48,504 nucleotides of DNA. Source: an uncultured Myxococcales bacterium (GTDB lineage: Bacteria; Myxococcota_A; UBA9042; UBA3505). The stretch spans positions 1-48,504 of the forward strand of contig CAZQPP010000003.1 of NCBI GenBank assembly GCA_964594295.1, written 5' to 3'. This document shows, piece after piece, positions 25,269-34,268 of the stretch (positions are counted from its first letter, which is position 1; each line of letters opens with the position of its first letter). A program made the position numbers and the translations under genes. The notes below the pieces were generated by a model that saw only the letters and a program-made list of their open reading frames with translations, searched no databases and was not told where the DNA came from.

Positions 25269-26363
25269 TCAGTACCGGAACGGCCACCCCAGGAAGTAGC
25301 GCTTCACCCTCAGCCACACGCCGAGGAGACCGAGGGGCTCGACGACGAGCACGAGGCACACGAGCACGCTGAAGATGAGCGTCGACTGCTGGGCGGAGCT
25401 GAGCTCGTTCAAGAGGGGCACGTAGCGGCCGGCGCTCTCCGCGAGGGGGGTGAGGAAGACGAAGGCGATGGCTCCCCAGACCGCGCCGAAGACCGTCCCG
25501 ATGCCGCCGAGGACTATCATCGCGATGTACTGGATGCTCATCTCGAGGTCGAAGGGGGGCTCGATGGTCAGGTACTGCTGCTGCATGGCGAACATTCCGC
25601 CAGCGATGCCCGCGAAGAACGAGCTGAGCCCGAAGGCGATGATCTTCACCCTGGCCGGGTGCACCCCGAGGGCGCTCGCCGCGAGGTCCTGGTCCCTCAC
25701 CGCCATCATGGCCCGGCCGGTGTTGGAGCGAGCGAGGCGGACGGCCCAGAGGGTCGTGGCGCCGGCGAGGACCAGGAACACAAGGTAGAGCTTCTGCCCG
25801 TAGACCAGGGTGAGGGGGCCCAGCTCCGTTGGCTTCGTGAAGCTGCCGAGGGGGTCGCCGCCGTCGCCTTTCGGGAAGCTGCCGTGCACGGCGACGGCGA
25901 TGCCGCTGACCCCGTGGGTGAGGTCGGGCAGGGAGTGCAGGAGGTGGTTGACGACGAAGAGCAGGCCCAGGGTCACGATGGCGAGGTAGAGCCCCCTGAG
26001 GCGCAGGGCGAAGGGGCCGACGAGGAGACCGACGGCAGCCGAGACGAGGCCGCCCGCGGGGAGGCCCAGCCAGAAGGGCGCGCCGAAGCGCTCCGAGAGG
26101 ATGGCGAGGGTGTAGGCGCCGAGGGCCAGGAAGGCCGCGTGCCCGAGGCTTATCTGCCCCGCGAAGCCCGTGAGGATCATCAGGCTCACCGAGCCCACGA
26201 CCGCCACGAGGGCCATGTTGCCGACGGTGAGCCAGTGAGCTCCCGCCACGAAGGGGAAGAGCAGGGCCGCCGCCAGGGCCAGCACGAAGCCCACCTTGCC
26301 CCAGAGGTCCGGCAGGAGCGCCAGGTCGTCCTCGTAGCGGGTGATGAGCGGGCGGGTCGGCAT
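25269..26363 (-). CDS. livM: branched-chain amino acid-type ABC transporter permease (LivM family)
   Basis: Track ORF of 364 aa. It is polytopic and hydrophobic and follows the LivH-type permease in the operon. The substrate is not established. Confidence 0.85.
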   Translation of the reverse strand: MPTRPLITRYEDDLALLPDLWGKVGFVLALAAALLFPFVAGAHWLTVGNMALVAVVGSVSLMILTGFAGQISLGHAAFLALGAYTLAILSERFGAPFWLGLPAGGLVSAAVGLLVGPFALRLRGLYLAIVTLGLLFVVNHLLHSLPDLTHGVSGIAVAVHGSFPKGDGGDPLGSFTKPTELGPLTLVYGQKLYLVFLVLAGATTLWAVRLARSNTGRAMMAVRDQDLAASALGVHPARVKIIAFGLSSFFAGIAGGMFAMQQQYLTIEPPFDLEMSIQYIAMIVLGGIGTVFGAVWGAIAFVFLTPLAESAGRYVPLLNELSSAQQSTLIFSVLVCLVLVVEPLGLLGVWLRVKRYFLGWPFRY

Positions 26364-26366
26364 CGG

Positions 26367-27263
26367 CTACAGGCGCTCCACGTCGCGCTTCCCGAGCAGG
26401 CCGTAGGGGCGCACCACCAGGAAGGCGATCATCACGAGGTAGGGCAGGACGGAGTGCAGGTTCTGGCCGAAGTGGCCGAGGTGGGGGTTGACGTAGCCCT
26501 GGGTGAGGACCTCGATCACGCCCAGGGCCAGGGCGGCGACCACGGTGCCGCCGGCCGAGTCGAGGCCCCCGACGATGACCGCCGGGAAGGCCCGCAGCGC
26601 CACGAACCCCAGGTTGGCGTCCACGCTGTTGGGGAACATGCCGAGGAAGACGCCGGCCAGGGCCGCGTAGGCGCCGGCGATGAACCAGCAGATGCCGAGG
26701 ATGCGGCCCACGGGGATGCCGAGGGCCATGGCCGTCTCCTGGTCGGCGCTCGCCGCCCTCATGGCCACTCCCACGCGGCTCTTGCGCACCAGGACGAAGA
26801 AGGAGGCCAGCGCGACGGCCGCGGCCACCATGGCGGCACCGGAGTTCACCAGCACCCGAGAGGGGCCGACCTGGATCGTGGCGGTCGTCTCCCAGGGCGT
26901 CGGCATCCCGAAGGGCGAGGGGCCCCAGACGACGAGGATCACCGAGCGCAGGATCAGGCTGACGAAGATGGTCACGATGATGGTGACGAAGACCGGTCGT
27001 CCCACCAGCGGCCTCAGCAGGATGCGCTCGACGATCACCCCGGTGAGCCCCGTGAGCAGCATGGCCAGCAGGAGGGACACGCCCCAGCCGAGGCCGGAGG
27101 AGGCGAGGGCGATCATCAAGAAGGCGCCGAGGGAGAGCAGCTCGCCCTGGGCGAAGTTGAAGACCTTCGAGGCCCGGTAGATGACCACGAAGCCGAGGGC
27201 GGTCAGGGCGTAGACCGCGCCGAGCGCGAGGCCCGAGGTGAGGAGCTGGAGCAGCATGCTCAC
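26367..27263 (-). CDS. livH: branched-chain amino acid-type ABC transporter permease (LivH family)
   Basis: Track ORF of 298 aa. The N-terminus MSMLLQLLTSGLALGAVYALTALGFVVIYRASKVFNFAQGE is typical of LivH. The GTG start overlaps the ligase stop codon in a GTGA. Confidence 0.88.
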   Translation of the reverse strand: MSMLLQLLTSGLALGAVYALTALGFVVIYRASKVFNFAQGELLSLGAFLMIALASSGLGWGVSLLLAMLLTGLTGVIVERILLRPLVGRPVFVTIIVTIFVSLILRSVILVVWGPSPFGMPTPWETTATIQVGPSRVLVNSGAAMVAAAVALASFFVLVRKSRVGVAMRAASADQETAMALGIPVGRILGICWFIAGAYAALAGVFLGMFPNSVDANLGFVALRAFPAVIVGGLDSAGGTVVAALALGVIEVLTQGYVNPHLGHFGQNLHSVLPYLVMIAFLVVRPYGLLGKRDVERL

Positions 27264-29089
27264 GGAGCCGGCCTCTCGTAGATGTCGGCTACCAGCGCCG
27301 AGTAGACCTCGATCACGGCCTCCCTGCGCACCTTCTGGGTGGCCGTCAGCTCCCCGTCGTCCTGGTTGAGCTCCTTGGGCAGGAGGCGGAAGGCGCGCAC
27401 CTGCTCGACCCTGGCGAGCTGCGCGTTGGCCGCGTCGATCTCGGTGGCGACGAGATCTCGGACCTCTCTCCGGGAGGCCAGGTCCTGGTAGGAGGTGTAG
27501 GGGATGCCGCGGCGCCCCGCCCAGTCTCCGGTGGAGTCGGCCTCGACCTGCACGAGGGCGGAGATGAACTTGCGGCCGTCACCGAGGGCCACGGCCTCCT
27601 TGATGTAGGGGCTGGTCTTGAGGGCGTTCTCGATCTTCTCGGGCGAGAGGTTCTTGCCTCCCGACGTGATGATGATCTGCTTCTTGCGGCCCGTGATGCG
27701 CAGGTAGCCCTCGGCGTCGGTCTCGCCCACGTCGCCGGTGTGGAGCCAGCCCTCCTCGTCGACCGTAGCGGCCGTGGCTTCGTCGTTGTGCAGGTACCCG
27801 CAGAAGACGTGGGGACCACGCACGAGGACCTCGCCGTCCGGCGCGAGGCGGCATTCGGTCTCCGGCAGGGGCGGGCCGACGCTGCCGAGGCCGAGCTCGC
27901 CGGGAGGGTTGAGGTGGCTCACGCCGGCGCACTCGGTCTGACCGTAGCCTTCGGAGATGGGGACGCCCAGGCCGTGGTACCAGGAGAGCAGCTCCTCGGA
28001 GATGGGGGCGGCTCCGCTGACCGGCAGCCGGCAGCGGCGCAGCCCGAGGCGCTCCTGCAGGGGACGGAAGACGAGGAGGTCGCCGAGGCGAAGGTGCAGG
28101 CGCTCGAGCGCCGTCGCGCGGCCCTCCCTTCGGGCGGGGGCGAGGCGTGCGCCGGCGGCGGCGAAGTGGCCGAAGAGGGTGCGCTTGAGCCAGGTGCTGT
28201 CCTGCACCTTGATGCGGACCGCGCTGTGCATCTTCTCCCAGATGCGCGGCACGCCTAAGAAGATGGTCGGGGAGACCTCGCGGAGGTCGGTCTGCACGGT
28301 CTCGATGGACTCCCCGAAGTGCACGACGCAGCCCACGTGCAGCGGCAGGAAGAGGCTGAAGATCTTCTCGGCGACGTGGCAGAGGGGGAGGTAGGACAAG
28401 ATGAGATCACTCGGGCCGACGTCGAGGCGGCTCAGCACCCTGGGCACGAGCTCGACGACGTTGCGGCTCGAGATCATGGCGCCCTTGGGCTGGCCGGTGG
28501 TGCCCGAGGTGTAGACGACCATGGCAGGAGCGTCGGGGTCGAGGGCGAGCACGCGCTCCTCGAAGGCGCGCACGGTCGCCTCACGGTCGCCGCGCCCGTC
28601 GCCGGCGAGCTCTGTGAAGGTGCTGAGCCTCGGGTCCTCGTAAGCCGCCGTGCCGCGGGGGTCGAAGACGACGACGTGCTGAACCGCAGGCGTCTGATCG
28701 ACCGCCTCCACCGCCTTGTCGACCTGCTCCTGGTCTTCGCAGAAGAGCACCTTCGCGCCGGAGTGGCTCAGGACGTATGCCACGTCCTGGGCGGGGTTGG
28801 TCTGGTAGATGCCCACGCTCCGCGCGCCGAGGGCCTGGGCAGCCAGGTCGGCGTAGAGCCACTCGGGGCGGTTGTCCGAGAGGATGGCCACGTGGTCTCC
28901 GGGGCCGACGCCGAGCTCCGCGAGCCGTGCGGCGACGGTCGCGGCCTTCGCCCGGTAGCCCGCCCAGCTCACCTCCTGCCAGATGCCCAGGTGCTTGTGT
29001 CGGAGCGCCACGGCCTCGGGCCTTTGGCGGGCGTGCTTGCAGAGCAGGCCGGGGAGGCTCAGCTCCAGGCGCGGGTCCGTGGCGCTCAC
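27260..29089 (-). CDS. AMP-dependent synthetase/ligase (long-chain acyl-CoA synthetase-like)
   Basis: Track ORF of 609 aa with the AMP-binding motif VYTSGTTGQPKGAMIS, GYGQTE, WLHTGDVGETDAEGYLRITGRKK and a terminal SGGKNLSPEKIE region. Confidence 0.9.
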   Translation of the reverse strand: MSATDPRLELSLPGLLCKHARQRPEAVALRHKHLGIWQEVSWAGYRAKAATVAARLAELGVGPGDHVAILSDNRPEWLYADLAAQALGARSVGIYQTNPAQDVAYVLSHSGAKVLFCEDQEQVDKAVEAVDQTPAVQHVVVFDPRGTAAYEDPRLSTFTELAGDGRGDREATVRAFEERVLALDPDAPAMVVYTSGTTGQPKGAMISSRNVVELVPRVLSRLDVGPSDLILSYLPLCHVAEKIFSLFLPLHVGCVVHFGESIETVQTDLREVSPTIFLGVPRIWEKMHSAVRIKVQDSTWLKRTLFGHFAAAGARLAPARREGRATALERLHLRLGDLLVFRPLQERLGLRRCRLPVSGAAPISEELLSWYHGLGVPISEGYGQTECAGVSHLNPPGELGLGSVGPPLPETECRLAPDGEVLVRGPHVFCGYLHNDEATAATVDEEGWLHTGDVGETDAEGYLRITGRKKQIIITSGGKNLSPEKIENALKTSPYIKEAVALGDGRKFISALVQVEADSTGDWAGRRGIPYTSYQDLASRREVRDLVATEIDAANAQLARVEQVRAFRLLPKELNQDDGELTATQKVRREAVIEVYSALVADIYERPAP

Positions 29090-29883
29090 GGCGCGGCCCC
29101 GCTCGCCGGTGCGGCCGCTGAGGAGGGCCCCACGTAGGCCTCGAGCACGGCCGGGTCTACGCGCACCTCCTCAGGCTCGCCCTCGGCGATCTTGCGCCCG
29201 AAGTCCAGGACAGCCACGCGGTCCGCCAGATCCATGACCAGCCGCAGCTCGTGCTCGATGAGCACCAGGGTGATGCCCCTCTCCTCCCTCAGGTCCTGGA
29301 GGTAGCGCGCCATGTCCTCGGTCTCCTCCTGGTTGAGCCCCGCGGCAGGCTCGTCGAGGAGGAGCACCCGCGGCTCCATGCACACGGCCCTGCCGAGCTC
29401 CACCCGCTTCCGGATGCCGTAGGGCAGGATGCCGACAGGGCTGCGCCGGAAGCTCTGGAGGTCCAAGAAGTCCAAGACCTCCTCGCAAGCTCGCCGGTGG
29501 CGCACCTCCTCACGCCGCGCGCGGCCGGTGAAGAGGAGGTCCTCGAAGAAGCGGCTCTTGAAGAGGTGGTGGCGGCCGAGCATGAGGTTGTCGAGCACGC
29601 TGAGCTGCTCGAAGAGCGCGAGGTTCTGGAACATGCGGGCCACGCCGAGGGCGGCGCGGTGCTGGGGGCGCATGACTCCGAGGTCTCGGCCGGCGAAACG
29701 CACGCTGCCCCGGTCGGGGCGGTAGACACCTGAGATGCAGTTGAACAGCGAGGTCTTGCCCGCTCCGTTGGGGCCGATGACGGCGAAGAAGGCGCCTTCG
29801 GGCACGCTCAGCGACACTCCGTCGAGGGCGCGTAGGCCGGAGAAGGCAAGATGGAGGTCTTCAATCTCGAGCAGGTTCGCCAC
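29086..29883 (-). CDS. livG: ABC transporter ATP-binding protein (LivG family)
   Basis: From track ORF 29086..30171, trimmed to GTG 29883 ((M)ANLLEIEDLHLAFSGLRALDGVSLSV). Walker A is GPNGAGKTS and Walker B is LLLDEPAAGLN. Confidence 0.88.
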   Translation of the reverse strand: MANLLEIEDLHLAFSGLRALDGVSLSVPEGAFFAVIGPNGAGKTSLFNCISGVYRPDRGSVRFAGRDLGVMRPQHRAALGVARMFQNLALFEQLSVLDNLMLGRHHLFKSRFFEDLLFTGRARREEVRHRRACEEVLDFLDLQSFRRSPVGILPYGIRKRVELGRAVCMEPRVLLLDEPAAGLNQEETEDMARYLQDLREERGITLVLIEHELRLVMDLADRVAVLDFGRKIAEGEPEEVRVDPAVLEAYVGPSSAAAPASGAAP

Positions 29884-29893
29884 GCCCGGATCC

Positions 29894-30703
29894 TCAGGAG
29901 AGCCAGCGCCGGCGGCGGCGGTAGCGCTTGACGTCGCGATAGCTGCGCTGCTCGTTGCCTCCGAAGCCCAGGTAGAACTCGCGGACGTCCTTGTCCCGCG
30001 CCAGGACCTCCGCAGGCCCGTCGAGGACCACCCGGCCGTTCTCGAGCAGGTAGGCGTGCTCGCAGAGATCGAGGGCCATGGCCGCGTTCTGCTCCACGAG
30101 GAGGACCGACACCCCCTCGGCGTGGATCTCGGAGATGAGGGCCGCCACCTCCGAGACGACCTTGGGCGCAAGGCCCAGGGAGGGCTCGTCGAGCAGCAGG
30201 AGCTGGGGCCGGGAGACCAGGGCGCGCGCGATGGCCAGCATCTGCTGCTCGCCGCCGGAGAGGTAGCCGGCTTGCTGCCTGCGGCGCTCAGCCAGCACCG
30301 GGAAGCGGGCGTACATGCGCTCGAGCTCGTCGTCGACTTGGCCCGATGGTACGAGCCAGGCGCCGGCCTTGAGGTTCTCCTCTACCGTGAGGTCCGCGAG
30401 GATGCGCCGGCCTTCGAGGACCTGTGCGACGCCGAGGCGCACGACCGAGTCGGCTCGCATGCTCGAGAGCTCGCGGCCCCCGTAGCTCGCGCTGCCCTTG
30501 GTCGCCTCGCCGTTGTGGAGGTCGAGCAGACCCGTCAGGGCGCGCAGCACGGTGGTCTTGCCCGCGCCGTTGGGGCCGAGCAGGGCCCGCATGCTCCCGG
30601 CCGGAACCTCGAGGCTGACGCCTTTGAGCACGAGGACCACCGAGTGGTAGACGACCTCGAGGTTCTTGATGGAGAGGGCCCCGCCTTGGGGGTCTTTGCT
30701 CAA
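29894..30703 (-). CDS. livF: ABC transporter ATP-binding protein (LivF family)
   Basis: Track ORF of 269 aa with a TTG start. Motifs are GPNGAGKTT, LSGGEQQMLAIARAL and LLLLDEPSLGLAP. Confidence 0.88.
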   Translation of the reverse strand: MSKDPQGGALSIKNLEVVYHSVVLVLKGVSLEVPAGSMRALLGPNGAGKTTVLRALTGLLDLHNGEATKGSASYGGRELSSMRADSVVRLGVAQVLEGRRILADLTVEENLKAGAWLVPSGQVDDELERMYARFPVLAERRRQQAGYLSGGEQQMLAIARALVSRPQLLLLDEPSLGLAPKVVSEVAALISEIHAEGVSVLLVEQNAAMALDLCEHAYLLENGRVVLDGPAEVLARDKDVREFYLGFGGNEQRSYRDVKRYRRRRRWLS

Positions 30704-30718
30704 CGCGGTCGCCGGAGC

Positions 30719-32113
30719 CTATTTGGGGGCCGCGGGAGCCTTCGCCGGGGCCTTCTCGGGAGCAGGGGTGGCCTTCGCCGGAGCCTTCTCGGGCGCCGCG
30801 GGAGCCTTGGGCTTCGCGGTTGCCTTGGGCTCCGCGTAGCCGGCGGCCACCGTCCAGCTCTTCTTCTCGAAGTCCGGCTTGAGCACGCGGGTCTTGGTGC
30901 TCGTCACGTAGGGCATGGTGGTGAGGTCGAGGGGCTGGATCATGCCGCCGGCGGTCCAGGCCTTCATGGACTTCAAGGCCTTGACGAAGCCCTCGGGGGT
31001 GATGTCTCCGGCCTCGATGGCGCGCCGCGCCGCCTCGATCTGGGTCAGCCCCTGGATGTAGGAGACGAGCACGTAGAAGTCGGACGTGCCGAGCTTCGCG
31101 CCGTGCTCATCCCAGGCCTTCATGAAGGCGCCCATGCCCGGCACGTTTTCGGCCCAGAAGGGCAGCCCGTTCATCCAGTAGAAGCCGCCGAGCACGGCGG
31201 CCGGGATGACCTTGGGGTCGAAGAAGCGGTCGATCCACGCCGGGGTGTTGCCGATCCAGACGGGCTTGTACTGGAGCTGGGCGGCGGTGCCGAGGATGGG
31301 CCCCGTGCCGCTCGGGAGGGTCACCAGCAGGACGTGCGTGGCGCCCGCCTCCTTGAGCGCGGTCACGACGGCGGTGACGTCCTTCTGACCGGGGGCGACG
31401 GCCTGCTCGGAGACCACCTTCACCCCGAGCTTGGCGGCGGCCTTCTTCCAGCCCTCGAGGCCGTCTTTGCCGTAGTCGTCCTGCTGGTAGACGACGCCGG
31501 CCTTGACCTTGTCCGCTCCGCCGGCCTGCTCCACGGCCCAGTCCACCGCGCGCATGGCCTCTATGCTGTAGGGCGGTCCGAGAGGCGGCGTGTAGTCGTG
31601 CTCCGACATCTTCGAGGACAGGGAGGCGGGGAAGGCGACCATCTTGTCCCGGGTCAGCCAGGGCCTCAGCGGGAGGGTGTTGGGCGTGCCGAAGCTCGTG
31701 GCGAGGAAGAGGACGTCAGCCTGGATGTCGTTGTAGCCCTGCACGGCTTTTTGCGGGTTGTAGCCGTGGTCCCGCTCCACCAGCTCGACCTTCCACCCCT
31801 CGGGGAGCAGCCCGCTGCCGCCGGCGTTGATGCGCGCCGCCAGGACGCGCTTGCCCAGCGCGTAGGGACGGCCGATGGCCGCCGCGCGCCCGCTCTCGTC
31901 GTTGAGCGCGCCGATCCGGATTGTCTTCTTCTCCACGTCGACGCCGCGGGCCGCCTTCGGGGCGGGCTTCGCCGGCTCCGCGGGCTTCTTGGCCTCGACG
32001 GCTGCCTTCGGCCCCGGCTCCGCGGGTGTCTCGGCGGTCTTCTCCTTGCAGCCCGTGAGCAGAAGCCCAAGGCAGGAGCAGACGACGAGCGAGAGTAACG
32101 CTACACGGTGCAT
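30719..32113 (-). CDS. ABC substrate-binding lipoprotein (type 1 periplasmic binding fold, Liv-type) with Pro/Ala/Lys-rich N- and C-terminal tails
   Basis: From track ORF 30719..32182. I prefer ATG 32113 (MHRVALLSLVVCSCLGLLLTGC, lipobox LTGC), which has GGAGG 6 nt upstream. ATG 32119 is the alternative start. Confidence 0.85.
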   Translation of the reverse strand: MHRVALLSLVVCSCLGLLLTGCKEKTAETPAEPGPKAAVEAKKPAEPAKPAPKAARGVDVEKKTIRIGALNDESGRAAAIGRPYALGKRVLAARINAGGSGLLPEGWKVELVERDHGYNPQKAVQGYNDIQADVLFLATSFGTPNTLPLRPWLTRDKMVAFPASLSSKMSEHDYTPPLGPPYSIEAMRAVDWAVEQAGGADKVKAGVVYQQDDYGKDGLEGWKKAAAKLGVKVVSEQAVAPGQKDVTAVVTALKEAGATHVLLVTLPSGTGPILGTAAQLQYKPVWIGNTPAWIDRFFDPKVIPAAVLGGFYWMNGLPFWAENVPGMGAFMKAWDEHGAKLGTSDFYVLVSYIQGLTQIEAARRAIEAGDITPEGFVKALKSMKAWTAGGMIQPLDLTTMPYVTSTKTRVLKPDFEKKSWTVAAGYAEPKATAKPKAPAAPEKAPAKATPAPEKAPAKAPAAPK

Positions 32114-32445
32114 GGTCATCCTCCGTCCCCGATCCGATGTGGCGGAGCGGAGACGGTGCCACGGGGCGGGGGACGATGGCAAGCCGACGGGCTCGAATCA
32201 GGGCCGCCGGCGTGCCGGCGTGCGCCCTCGCAGGCACTTCGCCTTTGACACCGCGCCGGCCATCCCGTACTTCAGCCCGCGTGGCCCGGGCTTGTCGTCC
32301 GGGCTCCGGTCCCTGTCGGGGCGGTCCTGCCGCCCATTCGCCCCGCGGTCTCTCGCGGGCATCCGACGCGCCGGCTCCAGTGCCGGGCCATGTGAGCACT
32401 CGGCGCCCCCGGAGCAGGATCGCTTCCCGTGCCGAAGGAGCCTCC

Positions 32446-32664
32446 ATGGGACGTCGCAGCCAGCACAGCCACGCCAAGCGCCTCGTAGAACGCCGAAAGG
32501 CCGAGAAGCGCTCCGAGAAGCGGGCGCGCCGGGCGGCGCGACGAGAAGCGGCAGCAGGCGACAAGCCCGAGGGCTCCGCCGCCGAGGGCGAGGCAGGCGA
32601 CGACGAAGCTCAGGAGGGGGAGCCGGGCGCGGATCCGGGCGGAGCCGCGGCGACCGGCTCATGA
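32446..32664 (+). CDS. small hypothetical protein (72 aa), with a basic N-terminal half and an acidic Gly/Ala-rich C-terminal half
   Basis: ATG 32446 lies inside track ORF 32137..32664 and has GAAGGAG 5 nt upstream. The sequence MGRRSQHSHAKRLVERRKAEKRSEKRARRAARREAAAGDKPEGSAAEGEAGDDEAQEGEPGADPGGAAATGS is low-complexity, so coding status is uncertain. Confidence 0.45.
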   Translation: MGRRSQHSHAKRLVERRKAEKRSEKRARRAARREAAAGDKPEGSAAEGEAGDDEAQEGEPGADPGGAAATGS

Positions 32665-32749
32665 GCGCTCTCTCGCGACCGGCGCTGACGAAGGTGTCTT
32701 GAGCGCGGATCCGCCTTCGCCATTCTTGCGGACGTGCTAGCGTGCGGCG

Positions 32750-34261
32750 ATGGAAACGGAAACACCCGTACCGCCGCTTCGCCCCGGCATAGTCATCGAG
32801 CCCGAGCGCAGCCGGCTCGTCGACGAAGCTCTCGACCGCCGCATCCGGCTGGACCCCCGGGGGATCGAGGCGGCGCAGGCGCTCGTGGAGCCCACCACCA
32901 TCGCCGGGCTGGCGCACGCCCTCGACACCGAGCCCGAGGCCGCCGCCCGCATCGTGGCGTCTTTCGAACGCCTGAACCTCCTCGACACGCCCGAGGCGCG
33001 GGCCCTCGTGGCCAGCGCGGCGCCCATGCGGCAGGTCCAGCAGGCAGGTGAGTCCGAGGTGCGCCTGCTGATCCGCCAAGACGCGGCCTTCGACTGCGTG
33101 ATGTGCGGGTCATGCTGCCTGGGGCAGAACATCGGGCCCATCAGCGACGAGGACCTCCGCAGGCTCCACGAGGGCTGGGACCTCGTCTCCGAGAAGGTCC
33201 GGAGCCCCCGGGGCTTCTTCTTCTCGAGCGGTGGAGAGGAGGGGCCGGGGGAAGAGCGCGTCTTCTGCTACTCGCCCCGGGGCGCTTGCGTCTTCCTCTC
33301 CGAGGAGGGCCGCTGCATGGTCCATGGGCTGCTGGGCGGGGACCGGAAGCCGGCGATCTGCCAGATCTTCCCCTTCCAGTTCGTCGCCACCCCGGACGGC
33401 GTCGCCGTCTCGCTGCAGATGGAGTGTCGCTGCTATCACGAGGCGCGCCGGGGCCGGAAGCTCAGCGCCCAGCAGGATGAGCTGCGGCGCATGCTGGCCC
33501 TCGTGCCGCGCCTCGGCCGAATACCGACGCGCCTGGTCCTCGAAGAGGGGCAGGTGATCTCCTGGGAGGAGTGGGTCAGGCTCGAGGAGGAGCTGCACGG
33601 AGCGGTCGACGCTTCGGCGGGCGACGACCTAGCGACTCTCGAAGCTCTCCGCGATGCCGTCGACGCCCTCCGCGACGAGAGCCCCGGAGGGGATGCCGAC
33701 GGCCTGAAGGCGGAGAACCTGAGGAGCGATCTGAAGACCTTCGCGGCGGAGCTGGGGCGGGTGGCGACCGACCTGCGCGCTGCGTGCCAGGAGGGGAGCG
33801 ACGAGGCGGAGCACCTGGTGCGGACGACCTCCCTAGACGCCTTGCTCGTGGCGCTCGGGGCCCTCCGGACCCACGCGGACCAGGTGCTCCGGCCCCTCGA
33901 GGCCGACGGTGGGCAGGCCCTCTTCCGAGACAACGCGCACAACCACCTGATGGGCAAGCAGCTCCTCGCGGCCCCGGACGTCGTGGCCGGTCTGGCTCGC
34001 TTCACCTTCTGCTGGCTCGCCGTCCGCGCCCTGATGATCGCCCGCTCACGCGAGGTGAGGAGGGCGCACCTGGCGACCCAGGACGTGACGGACGCCCTCG
34101 GCGTGCTGACCTTCCTCTTTCGCAGCGGGCCGTTCCTGGAGGTGCTGAGGCACTTCGACTGGACCCTGCGCAGCCTCTTCTTCGAGCGGCTGCCCGAGCT
34201 GATCGAGCACCGCCGCGAGCTGGTGTCGGCGGAGACGAGGCTCGAGCACTTCCGCGCTTGA
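32750..34261 (+). CDS. YkgJ-family cysteine-cluster (CxxCxxCC) protein with long N- and C-terminal extensions
   Basis: Track ORF of 503 aa. FDCVMCGSCCLG, GACVFLSEEGRCMVHG and KPAICQIFPF match the UPF0153/YkgJ pattern. Confidence 0.8.
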   Translation: METETPVPPLRPGIVIEPERSRLVDEALDRRIRLDPRGIEAAQALVEPTTIAGLAHALDTEPEAAARIVASFERLNLLDTPEARALVASAAPMRQVQQAGESEVRLLIRQDAAFDCVMCGSCCLGQNIGPISDEDLRRLHEGWDLVSEKVRSPRGFFFSSGGEEGPGEERVFCYSPRGACVFLSEEGRCMVHGLLGGDRKPAICQIFPFQFVATPDGVAVSLQMECRCYHEARRGRKLSAQQDELRRMLALVPRLGRIPTRLVLEEGQVISWEEWVRLEEELHGAVDASAGDDLATLEALRDAVDALRDESPGGDADGLKAENLRSDLKTFAAELGRVATDLRAACQEGSDEAEHLVRTTSLDALLVALGALRTHADQVLRPLEADGGQALFRDNAHNHLMGKQLLAAPDVVAGLARFTFCWLAVRALMIARSREVRRAHLATQDVTDALGVLTFLFRSGPFLEVLRHFDWTLRSLFFERLPELIEHRRELVSAETRLEHFRA

Positions 34262-34268
34262 GCGGTGA

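Noticed and set aside
25659-32098. Plus-strand ORFs 25659..27281 and 29735..32098
   Set aside because: They are antisense to the clearly recognisable liv-type genes, with shadow composition (His/Glu/Gly/Arg/Asp-rich).
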